Under the pieces are notes generated by a model. It was not told the DNA's origin. It made no database searches and saw nothing but the letters and a program-made list of their open reading frames with translations. The position numbers were made by a program, and so were the translations under genes. A stretch of 64,000 nt of DNA from a virus. Lineage: Duplodnaviria; Caudoviricetes. Below are positions 1-10,190 of the stretch, one piece after another. The stretch's first letter is position 1, and the number at the start of each line of letters is the position of its first letter. The stretch covers positions 384,001 through 448,000 of IMG/VR virus record IMGVR_UViG_3300037067_027616. One strand, written 5' to 3'.

Positions 1-1
1 G

Positions 2-1729
2 GTGACCGTAAGGACTAATGCCACAGGCGACCTCCTGTATTTTGGTTTGACACCGAATGTTGGGGATACGACCGTTGATGATTATGCGATCTGCAATGGT
101 GCTAACTACACTGAAAACAGCAACTTTGGACACGATTTGGTCGTGTACCGGACCATGGCAGGGACATCAGTAACTTTTTCTCTCACCGATGGAAAATTGA
201 ATGGTTACTACATCCTCGGTGTGAAGCGCGTGAGAGTAAAATCCGGTAGCACATACGGTAGCCCTGTTTCATTTACGCAAAGCAGAGTGGTTGCCCTAGG
301 TCCACCGTATGTTGTTTCAAGCTACACGGCTGTTCCTGTCGCCACAGCGGGTTCCGATGTAGAGGTAACCTTGATCACAGGCAGTAAACTGCCGGATGAC
401 GCAGGCAGTGTGTACGACCTTGCCGGTAGCATGAAATTCTTTGACTTGAACAGACAAGGGCGCGGAGTAACAGACACGCACGAGATGATTGATGTGGTGG
501 CCACAGAGGATTCTCCTGGTAAGTATACGGTCGACACGACATCTATTGGTAAGCCTATCATCGCTATAGGCACGAAAGTTTATGCTTCAGGCATATACGA
601 AGTGGGGGATCCAATAGCATTCAGGCACGACACGGGTGCGTTTGTTATCGTGTCGACATCGAGCGTGAATGACGCCCTTCCCGTGCTTACCGATTTGGAA
701 TATCAGATTGACTGGCTGCCTACAAGGATAATCCTTGATGCCCCATCTGGACTTTCAAAGATACGCGTGCCCGTGCTTGTACATGCGGCTCCCACGTTGT
801 CCGAGACTCCCTATACGTTCTTCTACAACATGGCTCCTTATCAGGGTATCCTGTCCGGTTCTACCGAATTTATGGGTAAAATAATCGCTGAAGGAACCTC
901 ATTCGTGACAAGCCTTGGGTCGGGGACCATTGACGATTACGTGTACTCCGATGGAAAAGCTGTTTTCCATCAAGGTACGCACAATGTAGAGGGCATTTCC
1001 TTCGGTGGTGTGACGCCGGATTGGGTCCCGTATGCGAAGGCCGGAGATTTCATAGGTCCTTTAGACGGTAAAAAATACCGTATACTGTCGGTTACCGATG
1101 CCACCAATATCATACTTGCGGAGCCTTTTGTAGAGGCAGACACCACGGATTTTTACGATATCGTTCGTATGGACACGCCCACCATGGGCAACCTATCGAA
1201 TATTGTAGACAGACTACCCTCGTACATGGTTACCGATGATTTGGGGACATACCCGACGGACTACACGTGCATGTCCGACCCGCTCGATGCAGGGGTGTTT
1301 GACTCCCCGATGTTAGAAGGCCGGCCTACCATGAAGTCTCAAGATCCTCTCACGGCCGAGCCGAATGACTTCGTGGTGGGATCACAAACGAAGACGAACA
1401 TACGCGGCAGATATAACATGCTCCTTGCTTCGGCGATATCGCCTGCGTACCGTTTGAATCCTGAATATCCGAGGGCGCACATAGTGTATGCCGACCTTGG
1501 CACGGAACAGACTGATGGACGCAGGAAGGCCTACCAAGTGTACCTATTCGCTCGATCTGCTGCAGATGGTTTGGTGGCCGGGTCGGTGGATATGACCGGA
1601 AGAGTGTACATGATGGTTATCAGCGGTGAAACGTGTTCGGGGGTCAAAAACCTCTTGACGACGTTCTCCGCCGTTGACGCTGTTGATTTGTTCGAACTTG
1701 TAGGGCGCCCTGTTATAAAGGCGCCATAA
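2..1729 (+). CDS. Probable virion structural protein, 5'-truncated by the window edge
   Basis: Open frame from the window start; rich in Gly/Thr/Val/Asp and beta-like; no enzyme motifs recognised. Confidence 0.5.
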   Translation: MTVRTNATGDLLYFGLTPNVGDTTVDDYAICNGANYTENSNFGHDLVVYRTMAGTSVTFSLTDGKLNGYYILGVKRVRVKSGSTYGSPVSFTQSRVVALGPPYVVSSYTAVPVATAGSDVEVTLITGSKLPDDAGSVYDLAGSMKFFDLNRQGRGVTDTHEMIDVVATEDSPGKYTVDTTSIGKPIIAIGTKVYASGIYEVGDPIAFRHDTGAFVIVSTSSVNDALPVLTDLEYQIDWLPTRIILDAPSGLSKIRVPVLVHAAPTLSETPYTFFYNMAPYQGILSGSTEFMGKIIAEGTSFVTSLGSGTIDDYVYSDGKAVFHQGTHNVEGISFGGVTPDWVPYAKAGDFIGPLDGKKYRILSVTDATNIILAEPFVEADTTDFYDIVRMDTPTMGNLSNIVDRLPSYMVTDDLGTYPTDYTCMSDPLDAGVFDSPMLEGRPTMKSQDPLTAEPNDFVVGSQTKTNIRGRYNMLLASAISPAYRLNPEYPRAHIVYADLGTEQTDGRRKAYQVYLFARSAADGLVAGSVDMTGRVYMMVISGETCSGVKNLLTTFSAVDAVDLFELVGRPVIKAP

Positions 1730-1739
1730 GGAGTTGGCA

Positions 1740-2903
1740 ATGGTTTCCATATACGGTGTTCTTGAGAAGTGGGCGGCAAAGACGGAAGCTACACCTCTTG
1801 CTGAGGGGGAGGTGGCGCCACGTCCAGACACGGGAAAGGTCGAGACGAAACGTTACTACTTCTACCAAGCCGACACAAAGAATTCCATTGATTTCATGAA
1901 TCTCAACAAGATTCTCAATGATAAGGATGACCAGAACAGGGCGGAGACGGTCAATTTGCTGAAGGGCGGTAACACGAGTTCAGCCACGAAGAGCGCGGAC
2001 TACTTCAAATGGTCGGCGGTCGCCGTCAGGACAAACCGTTACGATCCGGACCGCAAGACGTTCGCCGTCTATGTCTGCCGTCTCAATGCGTTCGGGCAGA
2101 AACAGCCAGGATCTGAACAAGTGCTACCCGACACGGTGCCTGTCAGGAAGGAAACGTTCGAGGAGGATCATACGTTGTTCCATGATGTGCGGGGTAACAC
2201 GGACATCGTGCAACTTGACACCTCGGGAGAGTCTATTTATGTCAACAGCGAGGCTCCATCCGACCTCGGTCAACGTTTGGTCAAAAATGCTGCATGGAGG
2301 GGTCTCAAATACGAGGACTTTGTGAAGGATACGTTTGGCAAGTACCGCATCTGGGTGATGAACGTGAATCAATTGCTCCAGCCGGATCATGAGGAATCAA
2401 AGACGGACATGCTCAAAGGCGGGCGCGGGAATTACGAGGGCGGTAACGAGGCTTTTGAGCGGGAAGTTCCTCCGGATGCCCGTGGGGAGGCTCCGGAAGA
2501 GCAAGAAGCTACCCCCGGTGAGGCACCCGCTGCCAAGCCAAAAGAGGCCCCTGCGCCTGCGTTTAAGCCCGGTACCGAGCCCGTGAAGCCCACGAAGGGT
2601 CAGATGGTAGACGAGGGCGACAGTGCCTTAAAGACGGCCTACGACCTCAAGGAAGCCGCCAGGAGGGTAGTCGCCGCGATCACCTCGGCTACACCTGGGT
2701 CGATGTCTACATCACAGCAAAGGAATCAGAGAACCCCCACCGTGCCGATATCAGCCGACCCAAAGATAAACCAGACATCTGCCAAGATGCTTCAGGATTT
2801 GGCCAATATGCAGAAGAAGATGCAAAACGTACAACAGACAGTTATGAGACAGCAAGGTACATCGACCACTACTTCTACGGGTACGATGGGACCTAAAGCA
2901 TAA
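1740..2903 (+). CDS. Hypothetical protein with Pro/Ala/Glu-rich linker and Gln/Thr-rich tail
   Basis: Long ORF; AAGGAG RBS upstream of ATG 1740. Confidence 0.6.
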   Translation: MVSIYGVLEKWAAKTEATPLAEGEVAPRPDTGKVETKRYYFYQADTKNSIDFMNLNKILNDKDDQNRAETVNLLKGGNTSSATKSADYFKWSAVAVRTNRYDPDRKTFAVYVCRLNAFGQKQPGSEQVLPDTVPVRKETFEEDHTLFHDVRGNTDIVQLDTSGESIYVNSEAPSDLGQRLVKNAAWRGLKYEDFVKDTFGKYRIWVMNVNQLLQPDHEESKTDMLKGGRGNYEGGNEAFEREVPPDARGEAPEEQEATPGEAPAAKPKEAPAPAFKPGTEPVKPTKGQMVDEGDSALKTAYDLKEAARRVVAAITSATPGSMSTSQQRNQRTPTVPISADPKINQTSAKMLQDLANMQKKMQNVQQTVMRQQGTSTTTSTGTMGPKA

Positions 2904-2945
2904 TTACCGTTTTTGAAACGATTTTCAAGGTTTTCAGGTTTTTAG

Positions 2946-2974
2946 TTTACAACAGAGTTGCCAAGTAGTATATT
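2946..2974 (+). promoter_or_regulatory. Sigma70-like promoter TTTACA-N17-TATATT
   Basis: Intergenic, upstream of the replication block; the same -10 hexamer recurs at other operon starts. Confidence 0.6.
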
Positions 2975-3021
2975 CAAGGTAACTGTTTAGGGAACTGGTA
3001 GCAACCAAGTTTTGGGAACTT

Positions 3022-4770
3022 ATGTCTTCATTCGCTTCGAAGCCATCAAACTTCGATTTCCTGAAGAACTTGCGATCGAGCAAGACGGCTTCACTTAAAC
3101 CCTGCCCGTTGATAAAACCTGAAACATCCCTGCGATATTATCAGGTAATCGGTTGCCTCCATCTCATTTGCCTTTCCCGCATGATCCTTGGCGATGCCGT
3201 CGGACTCGGTAAGACTGTACAACTCATAGCCGCCTATGCATACATGCTCTTGAAGGATGCCACGATAAAGCTCCTTGTGATTACCCCGAAATCAGCCATG
3301 TATCAATGGGCATCCGAATTCAAAAAATTCACCACAGGCATATCGGTTCATGTACTGCAGGAGAAATACGCCGTCAGTAAAGACGGCATGACATATGATT
3401 CGGTGGAGAACATGAAGGCGTCCGGCAAGAAGTTCAGGACGCTTTCCAACTTCGAGGCGCGCAAGGCGCAGTATGACCATGTCAAGGCGAATGTTTTCAT
3501 ATCCGGGTATTTCAGTGTACAGGAAGATTACGATTTTCTTATTGCCAACCGCAGTCCTAAATTCGCAGTAGTATACGATGAAGCACAAGCTTTCAAATCG
3601 GACAAAACAAAGACTTTCTTCGGTGCAGAAAAGATAGCACAGTCCGCTATCAGGGTCTACGGCATGAGTGCCACGCTCATAAAAAACAGGCTTGAAGAGG
3701 CCTACAATATATACAAAGTCATCGTACCTGGTCTCTTTGGTAGTAAGAACAAATTCTACCAGCAGTACACTATCCGCAAGAAGAGGTCGATATTCAGGAA
3801 GGGTAAGAAGCGCTATTTCAACGAGATAACAGGGTACATAAACCTCGATGACTTCAGGGATAAAATAGAGCCATACTTCCTCATACGGCGCACTCGAGAG
3901 GTAGCCGCCGAACTCCCCCGCCTCATTTCCAAAAAAGTTGAAATAGACTTGTTCCCGGAACAGGACACCCTTTATAAACAGGCCCTCACCGGGGAATTGT
4001 ACCGCAAAGTCGTAAAGAACAGGTACTTCGAGTTCAAAGAGAAGTTCGATGCCGACTTGGCCCCGTCCGATAAGGACCGGGAGAAGATGGAAAAATTGGA
4101 GAAACAGTACGATGTATCCATGACCTCTGTCGGGATTCAAGACAGCAAGATAGCCGCCCTCACATTCTGCCAACTTGTTTCCAACGGTCCGGCGTGGGTG
4201 CGCGAGGAGGGGGACAGCGCCAAGGAGGCGGAGTTCAAGAGGTTGTTTGATGAAGAATTGCGGGACGACAAGTGCATCGTATTTACCCGGTTTAAATCGG
4301 GCATTGTACGCCTTGAGGGCATCCTGGACGCCCTTGGGTTGAAGCATGTGCGCATAGATGGGGACATGGACGCCAAGGCCCGCCAAGTGGCCCAGAATGA
4401 GTTCCAGGACATGTCCAAGGAAATACCTGTCATGTTCATCACCACGGCGGGGTCGGCGGCCATCAATCTGCAGTCAGCCAATGTTATTGTGTTCTATGAC
4501 ACCCCGTGGTCCTACGGGGATCTATACCAGACCATCGGTCGTGCGCAACGCATAGGCAGCCTATACGACCACATATGCTTGATACACATGGTCTGCCGCG
4601 GGACAATAGATGAGCATGTCATCAAGATCCTTGACGACAAAAAGCACCTCATAAACGATGTCATGGGTGACATCGCCGAGGGTGCCATAGAATTCAAAGA
4701 CGAGGCTCTGTTCAGCGGGAAGGCCTCGGAGGAAGACTTGGATCAACTTTTCCATTCAGTATTTGGTTGA
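3022..4770 (+). CDS. SNF2-family (SF2) helicase/ATPase
   Basis: GDAVGLGKT Walker A, YDEAQ Walker B, SAT motif III, QTIGRAQRIG motif VI. Confidence 0.9.
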   Translation: MSSFASKPSNFDFLKNLRSSKTASLKPCPLIKPETSLRYYQVIGCLHLICLSRMILGDAVGLGKTVQLIAAYAYMLLKDATIKLLVITPKSAMYQWASEFKKFTTGISVHVLQEKYAVSKDGMTYDSVENMKASGKKFRTLSNFEARKAQYDHVKANVFISGYFSVQEDYDFLIANRSPKFAVVYDEAQAFKSDKTKTFFGAEKIAQSAIRVYGMSATLIKNRLEEAYNIYKVIVPGLFGSKNKFYQQYTIRKKRSIFRKGKKRYFNEITGYINLDDFRDKIEPYFLIRRTREVAAELPRLISKKVEIDLFPEQDTLYKQALTGELYRKVVKNRYFEFKEKFDADLAPSDKDREKMEKLEKQYDVSMTSVGIQDSKIAALTFCQLVSNGPAWVREEGDSAKEAEFKRLFDEELRDDKCIVFTRFKSGIVRLEGILDALGLKHVRIDGDMDAKARQVAQNEFQDMSKEIPVMFITTAGSAAINLQSANVIVFYDTPWSYGDLYQTIGRAQRIGSLYDHICLIHMVCRGTIDEHVIKILDDKKHLINDVMGDIAEGAIEFKDEALFSGKASEEDLDQLFHSVFG

Positions 4771-4779
4771 GGAGCTGGA

Positions 4780-5484
4780 ATGTCTACAGAAATAAAAACA
4801 TGTCCGTACTGCGGTGGATCGGGGAAGAGAATTCTACAGCAAAAAGAACTCATTGTAAACGGCCGTCCTTTGTCGAACGAAGTTGCCATACCGTGCATAT
4901 GTTCCTTGAATAAGTACGTGTCGAGCAAATACGACCGACTTTCCGGTGTGGGGGACGTGTCTGGAAAGGACGCGATACAGGTTGCCAAAAAGCTTCCATT
5001 CACGGATGCGGTTGTCCACGGACCTGAAGAATTATTCCTGTATGTGGTGAAGTGTTTCATCGTTATTCATTTCCCGTTCAACCGAAGATTCGCTGTGCTC
5101 ACGGGCGCCGACATCGCCGAGAAGTACGCCATGGCACAGCCCAATGGAGTGATACCCACGGTCGACCTTTTGACCACACATGATCTCATGGCTATCTTGT
5201 GCGTGGCGCGAGTGAACAACAGGGCCATAGGACCCGGTACGCAGGAAGTGCTCGCCAACAGATTCCGTAGTCGCAAGCCTACGTGGGTGTATGCCCCCGG
5301 AAGCACAGCACTCCTTGAGAGTAAAGAATTCGCCCCGGACGAGGGACGTGGTTCTGCGGCATCGCTTGTAGAGGGTTGGCCGGTGTGGCAGTTGTCAGAA
5401 CTTTTTCCCAATCTTGAAGGGTTGGACAGGAGCAATGTAAAAGTTTCTATGAGCAGATCAAAAACGATTGCGGCTGATTTGTAA
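4780..5484 (+). CDS. DnaC/IstB-like helicase-loader homologue with N-terminal Zn finger and degenerate ATPase motifs
   Basis: CPYCGGSG...CIC; DnaC-like C-terminal NRFRSRKPTWV; directly upstream of the DnaB-like gene. Confidence 0.5.
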   Translation: MSTEIKTCPYCGGSGKRILQQKELIVNGRPLSNEVAIPCICSLNKYVSSKYDRLSGVGDVSGKDAIQVAKKLPFTDAVVHGPEELFLYVVKCFIVIHFPFNRRFAVLTGADIAEKYAMAQPNGVIPTVDLLTTHDLMAILCVARVNNRAIGPGTQEVLANRFRSRKPTWVYAPGSTALLESKEFAPDEGRGSAASLVEGWPVWQLSELFPNLEGLDRSNVKVSMSRSKTIAADL

Positions 5485-5495
5485 GGAGATTTGAC

Positions 5496-7031
5496 ATGGT
5501 TGAACTTGAAAGTGTGTTCCGGTCAATATTGAATTTCAGGGATTCCAAGGGTAACTTCACAATACCCCAAGAGGATCTTGTAAAGAATTTCCGGGCGCTT
5601 CAAAAGGTGGTGCCGGAACCCCCGGAGGACAAGGCGTTCAAGGTCCTTTACCATTTCATCTACAACTACGTAAAGGATTGTGAGGCCAGCACACCAGAGT
5701 TGCCTTCGTACGAGTTCATCAAAACACATTTCGAAACCGTGGATGGCAATGAGACAGTCCTTGCCTTACTCGAGCGCATACGGGTGCAACAGCCGTACGT
5801 CGGGCAGGACTACAAGATGCTTTTGAAACAGTACAACGATGATCAAAGGGTCGTTTCCTTGGAGCGTGTACTCTCGAACGTGAACAAGATAGCTTCTACA
5901 GGAATGGAAGTACGCGATGGAAAGATGAAAAGGATTTTGAAAGGGGTAGTGGAAGGCATCAACTACTTCGCGAAAGAAACAAAGGACCTTTTGCGCGATC
6001 TCACCGGCGTGAAGGTCGAGGGCCAAATAGTGAGCGTAGAGGACTCGCGAGAAGTCCAGGAGGAGTACCAGAAAGTGAAAAAGGATCCGACAGAGGCGCT
6101 CGGGATATATACGGGCATCTCACACATAGACAGTCACCTTAAGGGACTCAAGAACACCGAGTTGATGTTGCTGGCGGCGTGGACGGGACACTGTAAGACG
6201 ACTTTCTGTTTGAACATGGCCTACCGTGCCATGTACAGTGGGTGGAACACACTTTTCACGACTCTCGAAATGAGCTATGCGGAAATACGACGGGCGATGT
6301 TTGTCCTGCACAGTTGCAATCAACGGCGCTTCCGGGAGAGATACCCTGAATATGCTGAAATCATTGGAAAGATATCCTACAATGATGTGTGTTACGGGGA
6401 ACTCTCCCCGAAAGAAGAAGAATTTTTCGCTTTGGTGTGCAAGGATTTTGAGGAATCCCCTGATTTCGGTCGGTTCACCATATGGCAGCCACCACAAAGT
6501 TACGTGACGGTTGCCGACCTTGACTTCAAGGCACGGCAGGTACAGCAGGAGTATCAGGCATCGGGACGCGACCTCGAGTTCATGGTGGTCGACTACATCT
6601 CCCTTCTTTCGGTTGAAAAGGAGTTGCGGTCAAGGGATCACAACGAGAACCTTAATGCCATCATAAAGGGCTTGAAGAGAGAGTGCCTAACATTCAATAA
6701 TGGCAAGGGCTTACGAATGTTGTCACCTTTCCAGGTAAACAGAGATGGGTACAAGGAAGCCCGGGCTAATGATGGTCTTTATTTCCCGACTTGCCTGTCG
6801 AACGCCCACGAGGCGGAGAGGTCATCGGACGTGGTGGTCACATCATATATCAGCGATGACGACCGCAAGAATGGACTCATCAAGTTTTGTAACTTGAAGA
6901 ACCGCCGTGACTCACCGTTCGACCCGTTCCAGGCGTGCATCGACTTTGAAACCAAGTACATATACGACTTCAGCGGGGACTCAAGCAGAGACCCCATACA
7001 CAACATGGAGCTTGTGCTAAGTAAGACGTAG
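5496..7031 (+). CDS. DnaB-like (SF4) replicative helicase
   Basis: AAWTGHCKT Walker A, TLEM, VVDYISLL, QVNR, KNR motifs. Confidence 0.85.
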   Translation: MVELESVFRSILNFRDSKGNFTIPQEDLVKNFRALQKVVPEPPEDKAFKVLYHFIYNYVKDCEASTPELPSYEFIKTHFETVDGNETVLALLERIRVQQPYVGQDYKMLLKQYNDDQRVVSLERVLSNVNKIASTGMEVRDGKMKRILKGVVEGINYFAKETKDLLRDLTGVKVEGQIVSVEDSREVQEEYQKVKKDPTEALGIYTGISHIDSHLKGLKNTELMLLAAWTGHCKTTFCLNMAYRAMYSGWNTLFTTLEMSYAEIRRAMFVLHSCNQRRFRERYPEYAEIIGKISYNDVCYGELSPKEEEFFALVCKDFEESPDFGRFTIWQPPQSYVTVADLDFKARQVQQEYQASGRDLEFMVVDYISLLSVEKELRSRDHNENLNAIIKGLKRECLTFNNGKGLRMLSPFQVNRDGYKEARANDGLYFPTCLSNAHEAERSSDVVVTSYISDDDRKNGLIKFCNLKNRRDSPFDPFQACIDFETKYIYDFSGDSSRDPIHNMELVLSKT

Positions 7032-7032
7032 G

Positions 7033-7590
7033 ATGAAAGAGATCATAGCACTAAAGGCCCGGATAGCCGAGCATGTTACGCTCAAAGATTTTCTCGTCAA
7101 CGATGGGAAGATAACCGGGTCGTTGTCTGAAGAGCAGTACTCTTGTACGTTCCACGGAAGGGATTTGAAGAAGAGTGCACGTTACTATCGGGACACAGAT
7201 TCATCCTATTGTTGGGTGTGCAAAAGGAAATGGGACATCTTCTCCTATCTCGAACAGAAAGAGGGCTTGGGGTTTTGGCAGGCCATCAACTACCTTGTAA
7301 AAACGTACAGCATACCAATCAAGGATCTTCCAGATTCTTTGGAGGAGTCCCACAAGAAAAGGATTGAGGCGCCTCGGGTAAAGGTGAGCGATGTAAAGCT
7401 GGCTTTGGAGAAGTTGTCCGGCGCGATACATTTGTTGCGTGATTTGGTGCCGCCAGAGAGATATGAGAAAATGGTGTTTGCCTTCATGCTTCTTAAATAT
7501 GCAACGGATGAAGAGAAGAAGCCGGAAGGATCGGAAACCTTGAGGAAGGCAATCCTCAAAGTCTTAGAGGAGTCTAGAAATGGCAGATGA
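7033..7590 (+). CDS. CHC2 zinc-finger protein (primase Zn-binding domain without TOPRIM)
   Basis: CTFH...CWVC followed by WDIFSYLEQKEGLGFWQAINYL, as in the DnaG N-terminus. Confidence 0.75.
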   Translation: MKEIIALKARIAEHVTLKDFLVNDGKITGSLSEEQYSCTFHGRDLKKSARYYRDTDSSYCWVCKRKWDIFSYLEQKEGLGFWQAINYLVKTYSIPIKDLPDSLEESHKKRIEAPRVKVSDVKLALEKLSGAIHLLRDLVPPERYEKMVFAFMLLKYATDEEKKPEGSETLRKAILKVLEESRNGR

Positions 7591-10180
7591 AACACAGATA
7601 GTCAGTGACATGCTGAGTGATTTCGTGGGTGATAAAGTCAAGGGTTTGATCGAGAAGAAAGAGTGGATGGAGAAATGCACCTTCACCATGGTGAAGACCC
7701 GCGAGGATTTTACTGCGATCATCGATCGCCTTATTGATAAGGGCCTTTGCTCCGTCGACCTCGAAACAACATCCTTGAATACGCGCCCCGACAAATCCGG
7801 TAATTGTGTGGCTCGCATCGTTGGTATATGCCTTGCCGACTCATCTACCAATGGATGGTATGTGCCCGTAAGCCATGAGGACCGGGAATTCAATCTTCCC
7901 TATGATTTTGTGGTGCGGGAACTTGCCAGGCTCATAAAGAATTGTCGGTGCATATTTCACCATTTTAAATATGATGGGCAGGTGCTTTATTACCACGGCA
8001 TTGAAGTCACCGATGAAACGACGATAGAAGACACATACTTGATGGCAGGTGTGGTGGATGCATCGCAGAAGGAGCGGGGGTTGAAACACCTGTCAGACAA
8101 GCTTCTCAACCGCCCGATGATAGACATCAACAAATTACTTCCCCAAACGGGTAAAAAGAAGATTGTAAAGTTCGACCTCGTCCCGCCTCAAATAGCATTG
8201 TACTACGGCGTAAGTGATGCAATGAATACATTTGCACTATATGAACACTTCTCAAAAGAACTTGATGTCCAAGATCCAGACAGGAAGCAGGGGCCGTGGG
8301 CGGTCTACGAGAAGATAGAAAAACGGTGTCTCTTTCCGGTTTTGCAAATGGAACGCAGTTTGTGCAGAATAGACACCAACCATCTCAAGACTCTCAGGGA
8401 GAGGTTGGAGGATAAGCGCCAGAGAGTGTTGAAATCGGTTACTGAATTGGCAGGCAGGGAAATTGACCTCAAGAGTCCAAAGAAGCTGGGTACACTTCTT
8501 TTTGAGGAAATGAAGATACCGTACCCCGAGAGAGAGAAGACAGCTTCCGGGCAGTATTCAACAGTTGAGGGCACGCTTTTGAAAATAGCTGACGTGCCCA
8601 TAGTAAACTTGATATTGGAACACCGGTCAATAGAGAAGGTCATCAATACGTACGTCGACAATTTTCTCAACAATGTCGATGATGATGGGTGTGTGAAATT
8701 CCAATTGAACCAGTTGCAGGCGGATACCGGGAGGTTCTCAGCGAGCGGTGGCGATGGACTTAAAGAGGACGGTTACTGCGGGGTCAACTGCCAGAACATT
8801 CCGAATCCTGACGATGAGAATGAGGAAGCCCCCGACCTTCGAAAAGCGATAGTGGCCCGTCCCGGTTATAAAATGGTATCCATCGATTATAGTGGTGAAG
8901 AACTCAGGATAGCCGCTAACCTTTCGCGTGAGCCTAAATGGCTTGACGCTTTTTTGCACGGTGACGGCGATTTGCACACGATGACGGCGAAGATCATCCA
9001 CGCCAAGAACGATGTAAATAAGAAGGAGCGTAACTTAGGAAAAAGGCTGAATTTTTTGACCCTTTATGGTGGAGGGGCAGGCGGATTTTCTGCACAGGCG
9101 AAAATCCCTTATGAGCAGGCGAAGAAGATGATTATAAACTTCTTCCGTGGATATTCGAGTCTCAAGAAATGGATAGACGTTGAAATACGTATTTGTCGTA
9201 AACGCGGGTATAGCAAAACGGCTTTTGGCAGAAGGCGCCCGCTTACGGAGTTCTATAGTGCCACCGATGAGAAAATCAAGGCAAAAGGTGATCGGTGTGC
9301 AGTGAATTCGTGCGTGCAGGGGAGTGGTGCCGATGTCATTAAGATATCCCTTTATCGTGTGTGGAAATGGATAAAGGAAAATGGATACGGTGACGATGTT
9401 CACATGATCCTGCCTGTGCATGATGAAGTCGTATTTGAAATCAAGGAGGACAAACTTGATTTCTATATACCAGAGATATGTGAGATAATGTGTTTGAAGG
9501 ATCTCACAGACGCCCTTGGGTGGCCTGTTCCGTTCGAAGTCGATGCAGAGTATGGTGACAGCTTCCATGTCGACCACAACTATTGGGAGGAGCGTGGTAA
9601 GTCTCCTGCGGCCAAACCCGTTGTGGCTCCGGAGCAACCAAAAGCAACGGAAACACCGTTTGTGGCAACGGTGACACCTTCCCCGGAGCCTACGGTTGCT
9701 CCTCAAGCATCGGTGCCCGTGGCAGAAGCCCACAATAATCAAGTGCCAAAGGTTGATACAACCACGGCAGTATTGGAAACGCCAACCACTCAAATAGCCC
9801 ATACCACAAGTTCCGGAGAGTTCATTCATTTCACTGTCACCGTCAGGGAGGCGGTGATGGCGGCGGCCGACAAGGCGAAATTGAAATTTGAGGCATCGGA
9901 GTCCGAGTCGTTTGACGAGGCTCTGAAAGATGTGCGCGTTTCGGATAGGATAGACCACCGCGGCGTGCTTGTATACCCCATAGAGCGCCTGGATCACATC
10001 ACCCTCCACCAATTCGATACGGCGATCCGCATCCTTGTTAATTACGGCGAAGCGATATTCATCGGCCCGAAATGTAAGGTTGCCCTCGTTGATAAGACTT
10101 CCGGAGAAGTGTGGTACGAATCCAACAAGAAGGTGTCGGTTGACGCCTTCCTAGCGCTTTGTTTTTGGCTAAAAATTTAG
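7580..10180 (+). CDS. polA: Family A DNA polymerase with 3'-5' exonuclease and C-terminal extension
   Basis: DLETT (ExoI), TGRFS, IDYSGEELRI (motif A), RNLGKRLNFLTLYG (motif B), VHDE (motif C). Confidence 0.95.
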   Translation: MADETQIVSDMLSDFVGDKVKGLIEKKEWMEKCTFTMVKTREDFTAIIDRLIDKGLCSVDLETTSLNTRPDKSGNCVARIVGICLADSSTNGWYVPVSHEDREFNLPYDFVVRELARLIKNCRCIFHHFKYDGQVLYYHGIEVTDETTIEDTYLMAGVVDASQKERGLKHLSDKLLNRPMIDINKLLPQTGKKKIVKFDLVPPQIALYYGVSDAMNTFALYEHFSKELDVQDPDRKQGPWAVYEKIEKRCLFPVLQMERSLCRIDTNHLKTLRERLEDKRQRVLKSVTELAGREIDLKSPKKLGTLLFEEMKIPYPEREKTASGQYSTVEGTLLKIADVPIVNLILEHRSIEKVINTYVDNFLNNVDDDGCVKFQLNQLQADTGRFSASGGDGLKEDGYCGVNCQNIPNPDDENEEAPDLRKAIVARPGYKMVSIDYSGEELRIAANLSREPKWLDAFLHGDGDLHTMTAKIIHAKNDVNKKERNLGKRLNFLTLYGGGAGGFSAQAKIPYEQAKKMIINFFRGYSSLKKWIDVEIRICRKRGYSKTAFGRRRPLTEFYSATDEKIKAKGDRCAVNSCVQGSGADVIKISLYRVWKWIKENGYGDDVHMILPVHDEVVFEIKEDKLDFYIPEICEIMCLKDLTDALGWPVPFEVDAEYGDSFHVDHNYWEERGKSPAAKPVVAPEQPKATETPFVATVTPSPEPTVAPQASVPVAEAHNNQVPKVDTTTAVLETPTTQIAHTTSSGEFIHFTVTVREAVMAAADKAKLKFEASESESFDEALKDVRVSDRIDHRGVLVYPIERLDHITLHQFDTAIRILVNYGEAIFIGPKCKVALVDKTSGEVWYESNKKVSVDAFLALCFWLKI

Positions 10181-10190
10181 GAGGGAGCAA

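Noticed and set aside
3292-4386. Long antisense ORFs (also 9035-10012, 29258-30538, 37626-38450, 48572-49243)
   Set aside because: They lie antisense to motif-bearing + strand genes and are typical codon-bias shadows.
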